NCBI GenBank assembly: GCA_026416455.1
Contig: JAOAFE010000009.1
Coordinates: forward strand, 6,460-70,459
Direction: 5' to 3'
DNA length: 64,000 nucleotides
DNA from: Syntrophales bacterium
GTDB lineage: Bacteria; Desulfobacterota; Syntrophia; Syntrophales; UBA8958
Part shown: in pieces, positions 1 to 10,055 of the stretch
Layout: every line of letters begins with the position of its first letter
Position numbering within the stretch: the stretch's first letter is position 1
Program-made: the position numbers and the translations under genes
The notes under the pieces: model-generated
What the model was told of the DNA's origin: nothing
The model's input: only the letters and a program-made list of their open reading frames with translations
Database searches by the model: none

Positions 1-1
1 A

Positions 2-271
2 GACGAACCGACCTCGGGAGTCGATCCACTCTCGAGAAGGCAATTTTGGGGTTTCATTCGGCAGATGGCGAAAGGGGGCGTAACTGTAATGGTGACCACC
101 CATTACATGGATGAAGCCGGTTATTGTCACCGCCTCGCCCTCTTAAATGAGGGGCTAATAATTGCCATGGGACCGCCGGAAGAAATAGTAAAGAAGGCCT
201 GTGGCGAAGATGAGACGGCCAGTCTCGAGAAGGCATTTGTGAAGCTGATTGGAAAGAGGGCGGATAGTTAA
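2..271 (+). CDS. ABC transporter ATP-binding protein, C-terminal fragment (5' end lies outside the window)
   Basis: Frame is open from the window edge. Translation reads DEPTSGVDP (Walker B/D-loop) then VTTHYMDEA (H-loop). The stop overlaps the ATG of the next permease gene (TAATG). Confidence 0.85.
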   Translation, partial: DEPTSGVDPLSRRQFWGFIRQMAKGGVTVMVTTHYMDEAGYCHRLALLNEGLIIAMGPPEEIVKKACGEDETASLEKAFVKLIGKRADS

Positions 272-1407
272 TGTCCACGCACTTACAGAAAATACTGGCC
301 GTTACGAGAAAAGAATGCCGACACATTCTGAGGGACTATCGGAGTCTTTATCTGGCCTTCATTTTGCCTTTAGTGCTTATTATGCTTTTCGGTTACGCCT
401 TGAGCCTGGATGTGGAAAATATAGAGATAGCAGTAGTAGATCTGGATCGCACACCCGAATCCCGCAATTTTATCCGTCGTCTAGATGCTTCTCATTACTT
501 CCACGTAAAGAGTTGGGCCCAAAAGACGGACGATGCCATCCGTTCCCTCGACCGAGGTGAAGCGGCGCTGGCCATTATCGTTCCCCCCGGTTGGTCATCT
601 CATCTCAGGGCTGACCGCTCAGCTGAGCTTCAGGTGATCATCGACGGTAGTGATCCCAATTTCGGATCTATTGCCCGTGGGTATATTGAGGCGTTTGTAG
701 AAAGGGTGAATAACGAACGTATGCAGGCCTATCTGAATAAGAGGGGCGAAAAGGTGGATATTCCGGTGGAGGCAAGAATGAGGATTTGGTTCAATGAAGA
801 AATGGAAAGCAAGAATCTCATCATCCCCGGGATTATCGGTATCATTATCATGATTGTCGGTGCTATGCTTACCTGCCTGGTTATCGCGAGGGAATTTGAA
901 AACGGTACGATAGAAACGATCAAATCTCTTCCCGTCAATGCATGGGTATTCATTATTGGCAAGGCTATTCCCTATTTTGTTATTGTTTTTGTTGATATTG
1001 TTGTCGCTGTATTTTTAAGTCGGATATTATTCGGCATCGTCATGAAGGGAAATCCGTGGCTCTTTCTTGCCGCCGCTGTACTTTACATTGGAGTGGCCAT
1101 AAACCTAGGTTTGTTTATTTCCACCATTACCAAATCCCAGCTGGTGGCCAATCAGATGGCACCTATTGTAACCTTCCTTCCCTCCATCTTACTTTCCGAT
1201 TATATTTTTCCTCAAGTCAACATGCCCGTTATCCTGGGTTACGTCACTTACGTTGTGCCGGCCACTTATTTCATTCATTGCCTCAAGGGAGTCTTTATGA
1301 AAAATTTAGGTCTCTCCTATCTTTGGCCGGATCTCGTGGTGCTCTTCTGCATGGGAACGGCCCTGGCACTGGTTAACGTGAAGCTCCTCAAAAAAGAAGG
1401 GCTTTAA
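271..1407 (+). CDS. ABC-2 type transporter permease
   Basis: 378 aa. One N-terminal TM helix, a large extracytoplasmic loop, then a C-terminal bundle of hydrophobic helices. EFENGTIETIKSLPV motif typical of YbhS/YhhJ-type ABC-2 permeases. Coupled to the upstream ATPase. Confidence 0.85.
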   Translation: MSTHLQKILAVTRKECRHILRDYRSLYLAFILPLVLIMLFGYALSLDVENIEIAVVDLDRTPESRNFIRRLDASHYFHVKSWAQKTDDAIRSLDRGEAALAIIVPPGWSSHLRADRSAELQVIIDGSDPNFGSIARGYIEAFVERVNNERMQAYLNKRGEKVDIPVEARMRIWFNEEMESKNLIIPGIIGIIIMIVGAMLTCLVIAREFENGTIETIKSLPVNAWVFIIGKAIPYFVIVFVDIVVAVFLSRILFGIVMKGNPWLFLAAAVLYIGVAINLGLFISTITKSQLVANQMAPIVTFLPSILLSDYIFPQVNMPVILGYVTYVVPATYFIHCLKGVFMKNLGLSYLWPDLVVLFCMGTALALVNVKLLKKEGL

Positions 1408-1408
1408 C

Positions 1409-2533
1409 ATGGTAAATTTAAGGCTAAGGGAATTTATAAGAAAGGAGTTCATCCAACTTCTACGTGACCGGAAAACAAGGCGCATTCTCGTCATTGCCCC
1501 CCTTGTCCAGCTTCTCATCTTCGGCTACGTCATTAACTTCGATATATACACAATTCGAATGACCGTCTATGACCTCTCCCGATCTCCTGAGAGTAGGGAA
1601 CTCATCCGATCTTTCACGGGAAGTGGGATATTTCACGCCCATCGCTTTGTGGAAAGGGACGAAGATTTAACGGAAGAAATCCTCAAGGGTCGTTCCGATT
1701 TGGCTATTAAAATAGGACCGGACTTTGCGCGGGAGATCAGGCGCGGGGCCTCAGCCCCGCTTCAAATAATAGCCGATGGAACGGTAAGCAATATGGCAGC
1801 CATTCGTCTTTCTTATGCCGCTGCTATTGTAGAGAGGGTAAACGAAAAGTTTTTGACCGAGAGATACCCCCTGCGGTCGATGGGTTACGGGCGTATAGAA
1901 ATGAAGCTTAGGACCTGGTATAATCCCAATTTATACAGCCGTCACTATTTTGTCCCCGGCATTGCCGCCTTTCTTGTCATGCTCATTTCCCTTATTTTTA
2001 CCTCCCTTTCCATCGTACGGGAGAAAGAAGCGGGAACAATCGAGCAACTAATGGTAACTCCCATTAAACGTTGGGAATTCATCGCCGGGAAGACCATTCC
2101 TTATGCGTTAGTTGCCATCTTACAGATGATCGTTGTCACGACCTTCGGTATTTTGTGGTTTGACTTGCCTTTTCCCTCGTCTCCTGTCTTGCTCCTTTTT
2201 GCCGTAATTTTATTTCTTCTTACGTCACTCGGTATCGGCATTTTTATCTCTACCATCTCCCACACCCAACAACAGGCCATCATGAGTGCTTTTTTCTTTC
2301 TCCAACCTGCTTTTCTTCTTTCGGGATACGTCTTTCCTATCGCCAATATGCCGGCCGCTATACAATGGTTGACTCTCCTTAATCCTTTTCGGTACATCCT
2401 GGTCATAATCAGGGGCCTTTTTCTTAAAGGTGTAGGGTGGGAGGTTTTATGGCCCCAATATCTTGCCCTGGCGGTCATTGGTGTGACTGTGTTTGGGGCA
2501 TCCATTCTTCTTTTCCACAAGAAGCTCGATTGA
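1409..2533 (+). CDS. ABC-2 type transporter permease (paralogue of the preceding gene)
   Basis: 374 aa with the same architecture as the preceding gene and the matching motif EKEAGTIEQLMVTPI. Starts 2 nt after the previous stop. Confidence 0.85.
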   Translation: MVNLRLREFIRKEFIQLLRDRKTRRILVIAPLVQLLIFGYVINFDIYTIRMTVYDLSRSPESRELIRSFTGSGIFHAHRFVERDEDLTEEILKGRSDLAIKIGPDFAREIRRGASAPLQIIADGTVSNMAAIRLSYAAAIVERVNEKFLTERYPLRSMGYGRIEMKLRTWYNPNLYSRHYFVPGIAAFLVMLISLIFTSLSIVREKEAGTIEQLMVTPIKRWEFIAGKTIPYALVAILQMIVVTTFGILWFDLPFPSSPVLLLFAVILFLLTSLGIGIFISTISHTQQQAIMSAFFFLQPAFLLSGYVFPIANMPAAIQWLTLLNPFRYILVIIRGLFLKGVGWEVLWPQYLALAVIGVTVFGASILLFHKKLD

Positions 2534-2570
2534 AGTTGATAATCTTCGTGATTTGTGCCAAATTAGAAAT

Positions 2571-3014
2571 ATGAAAAACATAACGCTCTTCACTATCGGA
2601 TTTGCCGGAAAGAAGGCTGAGGAATTTTTCCCTTTGCTCCGGGAAAGAGGTGTCAAGTGCTTGATGGATATCCGCCTTCACAACACCTCACAGTTGGCCG
2701 GTTACACCAAAAAGGAGGATCTAGCCTATTTTACGCGGGTCATCTGTGGCATAGATTATCTTCATCGTCCAGATTTGGCACCGACGGAGGAGCTTTTTGA
2801 GCAGATGAAGGGCGGTAAGCTGAAATGGGCAGATTTCTCCACATTATTCCGCTCTTTATTGGCAGCAAGGAAGGTGGAGGCAATCTATACCCCTACCCAG
2901 ATGGATGGGGCTTGTCTCCTTTGTAGCGAAGCCTCGCCGAACAAATGTCATCGCAAGATTGTGGCCGAATATTTGCAGGATAAATGGGGTAAGGTGGACA
3001 TCTGCCACCTGTAG
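2571..3014 (+). CDS. DUF488 family protein (YeaO-like), function unknown
   Basis: Internal ATG of ORF 2493..3014, chosen because the longer ORF overlaps the permease gene. MKNITLFTIGFAGKKAEEFF N-terminus and C-terminal LLCSEASPNKCHRKIVAEYL match the DUF488 pattern as I recall it. No clear Shine-Dalgarno. Confidence 0.7.
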   Translation: MKNITLFTIGFAGKKAEEFFPLLRERGVKCLMDIRLHNTSQLAGYTKKEDLAYFTRVICGIDYLHRPDLAPTEELFEQMKGGKLKWADFSTLFRSLLAARKVEAIYTPTQMDGACLLCSEASPNKCHRKIVAEYLQDKWGKVDICHL

Positions 3015-3023
3015 AGGGAAAAA

Positions 3024-4001
3024 GTGCTCAGGATTGTGGAGGATGAGCAAGCTATAAAAAGATACCTGCGTCGCTTCCTCAGCCATTTTCGCGCCCTGCC
3101 TCATCGAAAAGAGATTCTGTCTGTCGGGCATCGTGGAAAAAGTTACACAGTACGGGTCTTTTGGTTGGATTCCTTGGGTATTTGGTTAGCTCGGGATTGG
3201 CGAGGAGATTATTTCCGTCACATCTTTGGTTTGGTCCCGTTGTCATCGGCGTGCAAAGTGAGTACGACCTGCGAAATAAACTTTCCCCGTTCAGGAATCG
3301 ATCGTAGGTTAGGAGGAGCCTTTGCCCTAGATTCAGCCGGTCGGGTATATGTCATCCACCGGGGGCTCCTCGGTGGGAGGAAAGGCATGGGGAAGGGGCT
3401 TTTTCTGAGAGAGTATCGCGGGGTGTGGGCCGAGATAGAAGAAGGAGACAGGGTTAGTTCGGTCGTCGTCGTAGGGGATCTCGCGTCCGTTCGTTTCCCT
3501 CGCCAGGTGGCGCAATTCGTACGGCAGATAGTAGAAATCAAAGAAAAAGAGGAGCCCCGAGATGAAAGGCAAATTGCCATGCCTCTCGAGCTTGATTCTA
3601 TGCCCGAGATATACGGGCTCGAGACCTTTGAAGATACTAGAAAGAATCTTTCTCTGGCCTGCGATTTGGGCTTGGCGGTACAGGATTTGACCGACGAGAT
3701 CGAATCTCAGGGGGTAAAAGTAAAAGCGCAGGGTCCCACTTGTCTTTCCTGTCGCACGCTAGAGGGAGAAAAGGAGGTCTACTTTTATGTCCTTCCCGAT
3801 AGTCGAGGCAGATCTATAAGGGAGGGGGCTATCCATCTCTTTTTTCTTGCCCTTCGGAGTCGGCTTCCTTGTCGTCTGATTCTTGTCCTGCCCGAGAAAA
3901 TAGATGATTTTTTAAAAGAACGGCTTCGGGAGTTCTCCATAGAAACGTTTGTTTTTCAGTGGAACAAAGACAAAGCTATCTTTAGCGGTCTGAAATTATG
4001 A
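3024..4001 (+). CDS. hypothetical protein, no domain recognised
   Basis: 325-aa ORF with a GTG start 4-10 nt after GAGGGAA and 9 nt after the DUF488 stop. Long ORF with ordinary amino-acid composition. No motif I can assign. Confidence 0.55.
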   Translation: MLRIVEDEQAIKRYLRRFLSHFRALPHRKEILSVGHRGKSYTVRVFWLDSLGIWLARDWRGDYFRHIFGLVPLSSACKVSTTCEINFPRSGIDRRLGGAFALDSAGRVYVIHRGLLGGRKGMGKGLFLREYRGVWAEIEEGDRVSSVVVVGDLASVRFPRQVAQFVRQIVEIKEKEEPRDERQIAMPLELDSMPEIYGLETFEDTRKNLSLACDLGLAVQDLTDEIESQGVKVKAQGPTCLSCRTLEGEKEVYFYVLPDSRGRSIREGAIHLFFLALRSRLPCRLILVLPEKIDDFLKERLREFSIETFVFQWNKDKAIFSGLKL

Positions 4002-4008
4002 TTACATA

Positions 4009-4037
4009 TTGACAGGGGACCTGGCGATGCTTTAAAA
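4009..4037 (+). promoter_or_regulatory. candidate sigma-70 promoter for the Liv-type transporter operon
   Basis: TTGACA at 4009-4014, a 16-17 nt spacer, then TTTAAA/TTAAAA. Lies in the 81-nt gap before the GGAGGG RBS and ATG at 4083. Confidence 0.4.
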
Positions 4038-4082
4038 AGAAGACGGTGGGTTAAGGTGTAATAAAAAAGAGGAGGGATTGTC

Positions 4083-5345
4083 ATGGGCAAATTGGTTAGA
4101 ATTGCATTGTTGACGATAGCCGTATTATTATTTTCGGCCATATCGTTACCGGCCAGCCAACCTACAACGACGGGTCCGATTAAGATAGGTTTTATGGGCA
4201 ACCTCTCGGCGCCTTTCTCCCTGAGCGCCAAGGCGGCGGCCATGTTGGCTGTAGAAGAGATAAATAATGCAGGGGGCATCTTGGGAAGGAAGGTAGAACT
4301 CATCGTCGAGGATACCAAAGGTGAAATTCCCAAGTGTGTAGAAATTTACAAAAAGCTGGTCATCACCGATCGGGTGCACGCCGTTATCATTGCCGAGAAG
4401 GTAGAAATGGGGGTGGCGGGTATGGAGATCGGAGCCGAGTTGTTTCCCGAATATCCCCATATTTTTTTCAGTACCATCGGCTCGGGTGACGATATTTGGC
4501 ACCACGTGCGAGACAATTACAAAAAGTACCGGTTTGGTTTTCAAACCTACTATTCCACGTCCACCAACTATTTAAAAATCGTCGCCGGCATCAACAGTGA
4601 TATTTATAAAAATCTCGTCAAAACGGATAAGGTAGCCATCATTTATGAAGATATGGAATGGACGAAGCCTTTGAGGAAGGGTTTGCCCAACGTATCTCCT
4701 CCCCTGGCGGGAGTTTACAAGGAGAGGGGTTTGCAAGTGGTAAATGAAACAACCCTGTCCCTTGATCAGAAAATGTTTAGCCCCGTGTTCGAGGCGGCAG
4801 CCAAGGCAGGTGCTGGTGTTATTGATTGTGCGATCGGCTACATCGATCAGGCAGCCTTTGTTAAGCAGTGGGCAACCTCTAGTGCCAGGAATATTCCCCT
4901 CATGATTTGGGGAGGCTTGGCGGGGATGCCAGCGGCGTGGAAGGCCACGGAAGGAAAGGTAAACGGCGTCATGGTAGGTTCCTCGATGATTCGGGTGCCT
5001 ATTACGAAAAAGACCATACCGTTTATGGACAATTTGGTCAATAAATACAAGATCGGGCCCATCTTCGGTTCCCATACGACTTACGACACCATTTTTGGAT
5101 TCAAAAAAGCCATTGAGAAGGCTGGAGGAACGGCCAATATCGATAAGCTTATCTCTGCTTTGGAAAACGTAGAAGAAGAAGCCGTGCTGGGTAAGATCGG
5201 GTGGGACAAGAAATACCATTTCAATCTGCCCTATCCCAAATACGTAACTCCTATTGTCCAGTGGCAGAAGGGGGAAATGAAGGTCATCTATCCTCTAGAG
5301 TACAAGATGGCCGACTATGCATCTCCGGCCGATTTGAGAAAATAA
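4083..5345 (+). CDS. ABC transporter periplasmic substrate-binding protein, Liv (branched-chain amino acid/HAAT) family
   Basis: 420 aa. Signal peptide MGKLVRIALLTIAVLLFSAISLPA. IKIGFMGNLSAPFS...AVEEINNAGGILGRKVELIVEDTKG is the typical type I periplasmic binding protein N-terminus. Followed by LivHMGF-type genes. Confidence 0.85.
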   Translation: MGKLVRIALLTIAVLLFSAISLPASQPTTTGPIKIGFMGNLSAPFSLSAKAAAMLAVEEINNAGGILGRKVELIVEDTKGEIPKCVEIYKKLVITDRVHAVIIAEKVEMGVAGMEIGAELFPEYPHIFFSTIGSGDDIWHHVRDNYKKYRFGFQTYYSTSTNYLKIVAGINSDIYKNLVKTDKVAIIYEDMEWTKPLRKGLPNVSPPLAGVYKERGLQVVNETTLSLDQKMFSPVFEAAAKAGAGVIDCAIGYIDQAAFVKQWATSSARNIPLMIWGGLAGMPAAWKATEGKVNGVMVGSSMIRVPITKKTIPFMDNLVNKYKIGPIFGSHTTYDTIFGFKKAIEKAGGTANIDKLISALENVEEEAVLGKIGWDKKYHFNLPYPKYVTPIVQWQKGEMKVIYPLEYKMADYASPADLRK

Positions 5346-5351
5346 ATCGGT

Positions 5352-6227
5352 ATGAGTGAGATTCTGCTCAAGATTCTCATCTTCACTGTCATATGGGGTT
5401 CTATCTATCTCCTTATATCCCTCGGTTTTTCTCTTATCTGCGGTGTTTTGAGAATTTTTCACCTGGGGTACGGTGTTACTTTTGTCCTTGCTGCCTATGG
5501 CTTGTGGGCTCTCATGGAGGATGCTAAGCTGGGTCTCGGTCTTAGCATCCTCCTCATGATCGTTGTGCAAATAGCCTTTGCCTTGATTGTTTTTTACAAA
5601 GGCGTCTTTGAAAGGTACCTCGAAGAGGAGGAAGTGCTCCTTACCCTCACCGTTCTCATTTCCTTGGCCGTTGCTCATCTCGCGAATTATCTCTATCCTG
5701 TCACAGCGGGGGTAAGTATTCCGACGACCATAATCGATGATGTTGTCTCGATCGGTTATATTACTATCTCGTGGCAGATGATTCTCGCCGCCCTCGTTGG
5801 GATTGTAGTTACGGCGATATATTGCTTGTGGTTTCTCCATACGCGGATTGGCCTTATCATTCGGGCCCTGAGTCAGGGACTTACGGCCGCAATGTTGATG
5901 GGGGTCAACGTAAGGCGCATGTATTATCTGGCCATGGTGCTCTCCATTCTCCCACCGACTATCTGCATGCTCATGATTGCTCCCTTTTGGAGTGTCGACC
6001 CCTTTATGGGGGCACCACTTCTCATGACGGCCATGCTCATATCTATTCTGGGGGGACTAGGAAACCTGAAGGGAAGTATCGTCGCATCTTACCTTGTTGG
6101 CTTCATCCATGCTGCCGTTAGTTTCATCTTTGTTTCAAGGTTTATGGGACTGGCGGCATTGATTGTAACACTGATCGTCATGATCTGGCGGCGTGGGGGT
6201 ATCTTTGCCGGGGAGACTTTATGGTAA
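5352..6227 (+). CDS. livH: branched-chain amino acid-type ABC transporter permease (LivH-like)
   Basis: 291-aa polytopic membrane protein sitting between the binding-protein gene and the second permease. Substrate specificity not established. Confidence 0.8.
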   Translation: MSEILLKILIFTVIWGSIYLLISLGFSLICGVLRIFHLGYGVTFVLAAYGLWALMEDAKLGLGLSILLMIVVQIAFALIVFYKGVFERYLEEEEVLLTLTVLISLAVAHLANYLYPVTAGVSIPTTIIDDVVSIGYITISWQMILAALVGIVVTAIYCLWFLHTRIGLIIRALSQGLTAAMLMGVNVRRMYYLAMVLSILPPTICMLMIAPFWSVDPFMGAPLLMTAMLISILGGLGNLKGSIVASYLVGFIHAAVSFIFVSRFMGLAALIVTLIVMIWRRGGIFAGETLW

Positions 6228-7264
6228 ACTTTGAATTACGAAGAGATAGAATACTCGTTCGTTTCCGGGATAAGAAGACGGAATGGGTAATAGAGCCCCG
6301 CTATTGGCGTAATCCAACGATTGCGATAACCTTCCTTTTTCTTCTTCCCCTTTTTGTGCAAACCTGGCCGAACATCCTTACCATGATTACAACGGCCAAT
6401 CTGTATGCGGCAATTGCCATTCCCCTGGCATTGCAGATGTTGGGAACGGCTCGGGTTAACTTTGGACCGCAACTATATCTAGGCTTAGGGGGGTACACGG
6501 CCGCCCTGTTAAATTTACATGGGGGATGGACTCCGGGAGAGACTCTTTTCGCCGTCGTTGTCGTTTGTGCCGTCGTGGCCATCCTTATCAGTCCTACGAC
6601 CTGGATCGCCAAGGGCCTTTACTTTTCGTTAATCACCTTGATTCTTCCCCTCACCTTTCTCGATATCACCTACATTTGGGGTGACATTTTTCGGGGCGAG
6701 GTAGGACTGACGGGTATGAGTCCTTTACTCACGTTACCGAAGGTAACGTGGAATTATCTGGCTTACTACTATCTCTCCCTTCTTCTCATGCTCCTTTATC
6801 TGCTCATATGTGACCGTATCGTTCGATCTCGCATTGGTGTCAATCTCGCCGCTATAAACGAAAATGAAGATGTGGCGCGTATGATGGGCGTGAACGTGGA
6901 CAGGTATAAGGTCTTTTACTACGTCTTTCCTTCTGTTCTCACGGGCATCGTGGGTTGGTTCATCGTTCATACATTCCGTACCTTTGCGGGCGTAACGTAT
7001 TTGCCTTTGGAATTTATGATAAAAATCCTCATTATCGTCCTCGTAGGGGGGAGGGCCTTTTTGTACGGGGCAATTCCCGGTGCTTATCTGGTTTCAATTG
7101 TGGAAGATTCGCTGCGCACCCTTGGACCTGTCAACTACTTCGTTTTTCCCCTCGTTCTTATTGTCCTTATCATTTTTCTTCCCCGTGGGGAAGGACTGTG
7201 GGGGCTTTACCGCAAGAGACGGCCTCGTGATTACTTCCCGAAACTGCATGTAAGGAGGGAATAG
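6221..7264 (+). CDS. livM: branched-chain amino acid-type ABC transporter permease (LivM-like)
   Basis: 347-aa polytopic membrane protein. Overlaps the livH-like stop by 7 nt. [15 protein letters not shown] motif typical of LivM-type permeases. Confidence 0.8.
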   Translation: MVNFELRRDRILVRFRDKKTEWVIEPRYWRNPTIAITFLFLLPLFVQTWPNILTMITTANLYAAIAIPLALQMLGTARVNFGPQLYLGLGGYTAALLNLHGGWTPGETLFAVVVVCAVVAILISPTTWIAKGLYFSLITLILPLTFLDITYIWGDIFRGEVGLTGMSPLLTLPKVTWNYLAYYYLSLLLMLLYLLICDRIVRSRIGVNLAAINENEDVARMMGVNVDRYKVFYYVFPSVLTGIVGWFIVHTFRTFAGVTYLPLEFMIKILIIVLVGGRAFLYGAIPGAYLVSIVEDSLRTLGPVNYFVFPLVLIVLIIFLPRGEGLWGLYRKRRPRDYFPKLHVRRE

Positions 7265-7268
7265 GGGT

Positions 7269-8006
7269 TTGTTAGAAGTGAGAAATGTGACGAAAAGGTT
7301 CGGTGGGCTCACGGCGGTGAATGAAGTGAGTTTCACCGTCAACGAAGGTGAAGTAATAGGGTTGATCGGGCCGAACGGAGCGGGGAAAACGACCCTAATC
7401 AATCTGATCTGCGGTGTCTACAAGCCCGATAGTGGTGCTATCGTCTTCGAGGGGAAAGACATTACAGGGCTACCGCCGAACAAGATTTGTCATGCCGGCA
7501 TTTCGCGGACCTATCAGATTCCTAAGCCTTTTGAGGCCATGACGGCGCTGGCCTCGGTTTTGGTCAGCGTATTAAACGGGAAGAAGAGATCCCATATGAG
7601 TCTTCCCGATGCGGTTATGGAGGCCTCCTACTACCTCGAATTCGTCGGCCTGTTTTCTAAACGTGACACCTTGGCCCGGGATCTAAACCTCTATGAGTTG
7701 CGTATGTTAGAGCTGGCCCGAGCACTTGCCACTACCCCAAAACTACTGCTCCTGGACGAAACGATGGCCGGACTGAATCCCAAAGAAGCGGATGCAGCCC
7801 TTGATATGATTTGGAGTGCCCAGGAGCAGTTTGCCGTTACCATACTCTGGATCGAACATGTGATGAAGATTATCATGAAGGCAACGAAACGGGTGGTGGT
7901 GCTACATTACGGGAAGAAAATGGCGGAGGGGCCGCCGGAGGAGATTATCCGGGATCCCCGTGTCATCGAGGCCTATTTAGGGGTGAGGTATGCTCAAAAT
8001 CTCTAA
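7269..8006 (+). CDS. livG: ABC transporter ATP-binding protein (LivG-like)
   Basis: TTG start. Walker [23 protein letters not shown] (Walker B), and a C-terminal [10 protein letters not shown] tail typical of LivG. Confidence 0.9.
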   Translation: MLEVRNVTKRFGGLTAVNEVSFTVNEGEVIGLIGPNGAGKTTLINLICGVYKPDSGAIVFEGKDITGLPPNKICHAGISRTYQIPKPFEAMTALASVLVSVLNGKKRSHMSLPDAVMEASYYLEFVGLFSKRDTLARDLNLYELRMLELARALATTPKLLLLDETMAGLNPKEADAALDMIWSAQEQFAVTILWIEHVMKIIMKATKRVVVLHYGKKMAEGPPEEIIRDPRVIEAYLGVRYAQNL

Positions 8007-8694
8007 TCTGAGCGTTGCCTACGGTGTAATTCCCGTACTCCATGACATAAATTTAGAGGTCAAACAAGGGGAGTTAGTAGCCCTTCTCGGCTCCAACGGA
8101 GCAGGGAAAACGACTTTATTAAATACCATCTCTGGTCTCATTAGAGCGAAAGAGGGGAGTATCTTTTTCTTAGGTGAAGAGATAACAAGACAAATGCCGG
8201 ATCGCATCGTTAATCTTGGTATCTCTCAAATTCCAGAAGGGAGAAAGATCTTCCCCTACCTCACGGTGAAAGAAAATCTCCTCATGGGGGCCTCGATATC
8301 TCGGGCTTGGCCTCAACGAGAAGAAATGCTCAACCATGTGTATGAGCTATTCCCCATTTTGAAGGAACGGGCCAATCAGAGGGCGAGCCTCATGAGTGGA
8401 GGCGAACAACAAATGTTGGTAATCGCTCGCGGTCTCATGGCGAAACCCAAATTACTTATGATCGATGAGCCTTCTTTAGGTTTGAGTCCTCTCATTATGT
8501 CCAAGATATATGATGTAATCAAAACCTTTCCCGAGCAGGGGGTTACGGTGCTCCTCTCGGAGCAAAACGCCCATATGGCTTTAGAAATAGCCGATCGAGG
8601 TTATGTCCTTCAGGATGGCCATATCGTCCTGACGGGAGATAGGGAGTTTCTTTTGAAAAGTGAGTTGGTAAAACAGGCTTACATGGGGATGTGA
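7990..8694 (+). CDS. livF: ABC transporter ATP-binding protein (LivF-like)
   Basis: Walker A GSNGAGKTT, signature MSGGEQQML, Walker B LLMIDEPSLGLSP. Overlaps livG by 17 nt. Confidence 0.9.
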   Translation: MLKISNLSVAYGVIPVLHDINLEVKQGELVALLGSNGAGKTTLLNTISGLIRAKEGSIFFLGEEITRQMPDRIVNLGISQIPEGRKIFPYLTVKENLLMGASISRAWPQREEMLNHVYELFPILKERANQRASLMSGGEQQMLVIARGLMAKPKLLMIDEPSLGLSPLIMSKIYDVIKTFPEQGVTVLLSEQNAHMALEIADRGYVLQDGHIVLTGDREFLLKSELVKQAYMGM

Positions 8695-10055
8695 AAATGG
8701 ATGGAGACTACTTTTCCTTTACGAATAAACTTTTTTCTCCGGAGGAGATAAACCAAAAACCAGAAGCCCTGGCCGGTATTCGGGTCCTTGACCTCTCCCA
8801 CATGATATTCGGCCCGACGGCAGCCAGGTTTCTCGCTCAATACGGGGCAGAGGTGATCAAGGTGGAAGTGCCTTACCAAGGGGACTATTGGCGGGGCGGT
8901 ACTTACTGGGGTAAATTTTGGAAACACTCAAATCCTCTTTGGCATTACATCAATCAAAACAAATACTTCGTAGCGATAGATGTAAAGAAGCCACGAGGTA
9001 AAGAGCTGATCCTTGAATTGGCGAAGAAGTCGGATATCGTGATAGAGAACTTTACCTCTGGCACGGTCGAGGCGTGGGGCATCGGCTATTCTCAGGTAAG
9101 TAAGGAGAATCCGCGCATTATTTACGCCAGCTTGAGTACTTACGGGCAGTACGGTCCTTTGAAGTACTTCCCCGGCTGGGATTTACTGGCCCAGGGAGCC
9201 AGTGGATTACTGTCAGTTACGGGCTATCCCGAGACGGATAAATACTACAAAATACCTGATTTTTTCGGTGATTTCTATCCTGGTTATTTTGCCGCCATGC
9301 TCATCATGATCGCCTTGCACTACCGTGAACGAACGGGGGAAGGTCAGTACATTGATGGATGCCAGGCGGAGATCCTCATGCGGGCCCTTCATCACTTTAC
9401 TTATGTCGCGGCCACGGGGCAGGACTTGGAGAGGACAGGTAATTATGATCCAACCTGTGCACCCTCGGGAATTTTCAAGACGGCCGATGGCAAATTCGTC
9501 GCTATCGCTATTACTACAGATGTTCAATTTGAAAGGTTTTGTCGTGCCATCGGGAGAGAGGACCTTCTCGCCGATGAAAGATTCATTACCGCTCAAGAAC
9601 GTCTGAAAAAGGAGAATGCCCGTCTCCTCAATGATCTACTCGATCGCTGGGTAAGAGAAAAAAAAGAAGCAGAAATTCTCGACCTCGGGAAAAAATGTGG
9701 CTTTGCCGCCTCACCTGTGATGAACGATGTGGATATTTGCCATGACCCCTGGCGCCGGCAGAGGGGCAGTGTGATTGAAGTAATGGACAAGATGTACGGG
9801 AAATTCGTCATGGAAGGACCCATTGCGATGCTAAGCCAAACGCCGGGGAGAACAAAGTGGTTGACCCGTCCTTTGGGATATCACAACCGGTACGTTTTGA
9901 AACGTCTTCTGGGGTTGAATGAAGAGGAAATTAGTAAGCTGGAGAAGGAACGGGTCATTGGGACCTGGGACTACCGAGTAGGCCAACGTCCGCCTATCTA
10001 TTACGACATTCAGAAAGATCCCATATTTAACTACGAGGGGGGTGAAGAGCATTAA
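8691..10055 (+). CDS. family III CoA-transferase (CaiB/BaiF/Frc-like)
   Basis: LAGIRVLDLSHMIFGPTAARFLAQYGAEVIKVE N-terminal Rossmann motif and a FGDFYPGYFAAMLIMIAL region resembling the catalytic-Asp loop. ATGA overlap with livF. Confidence 0.85.
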   Translation: MKMDGDYFSFTNKLFSPEEINQKPEALAGIRVLDLSHMIFGPTAARFLAQYGAEVIKVEVPYQGDYWRGGTYWGKFWKHSNPLWHYINQNKYFVAIDVKKPRGKELILELAKKSDIVIENFTSGTVEAWGIGYSQVSKENPRIIYASLSTYGQYGPLKYFPGWDLLAQGASGLLSVTGYPETDKYYKIPDFFGDFYPGYFAAMLIMIALHYRERTGEGQYIDGCQAEILMRALHHFTYVAATGQDLERTGNYDPTCAPSGIFKTADGKFVAIAITTDVQFERFCRAIGREDLLADERFITAQERLKKENARLLNDLLDRWVREKKEAEILDLGKKCGFAASPVMNDVDICHDPWRRQRGSVIEVMDKMYGKFVMEGPIAMLSQTPGRTKWLTRPLGYHNRYVLKRLLGLNEEEISKLEKERVIGTWDYRVGQRPPIYYDIQKDPIFNYEGGEEH

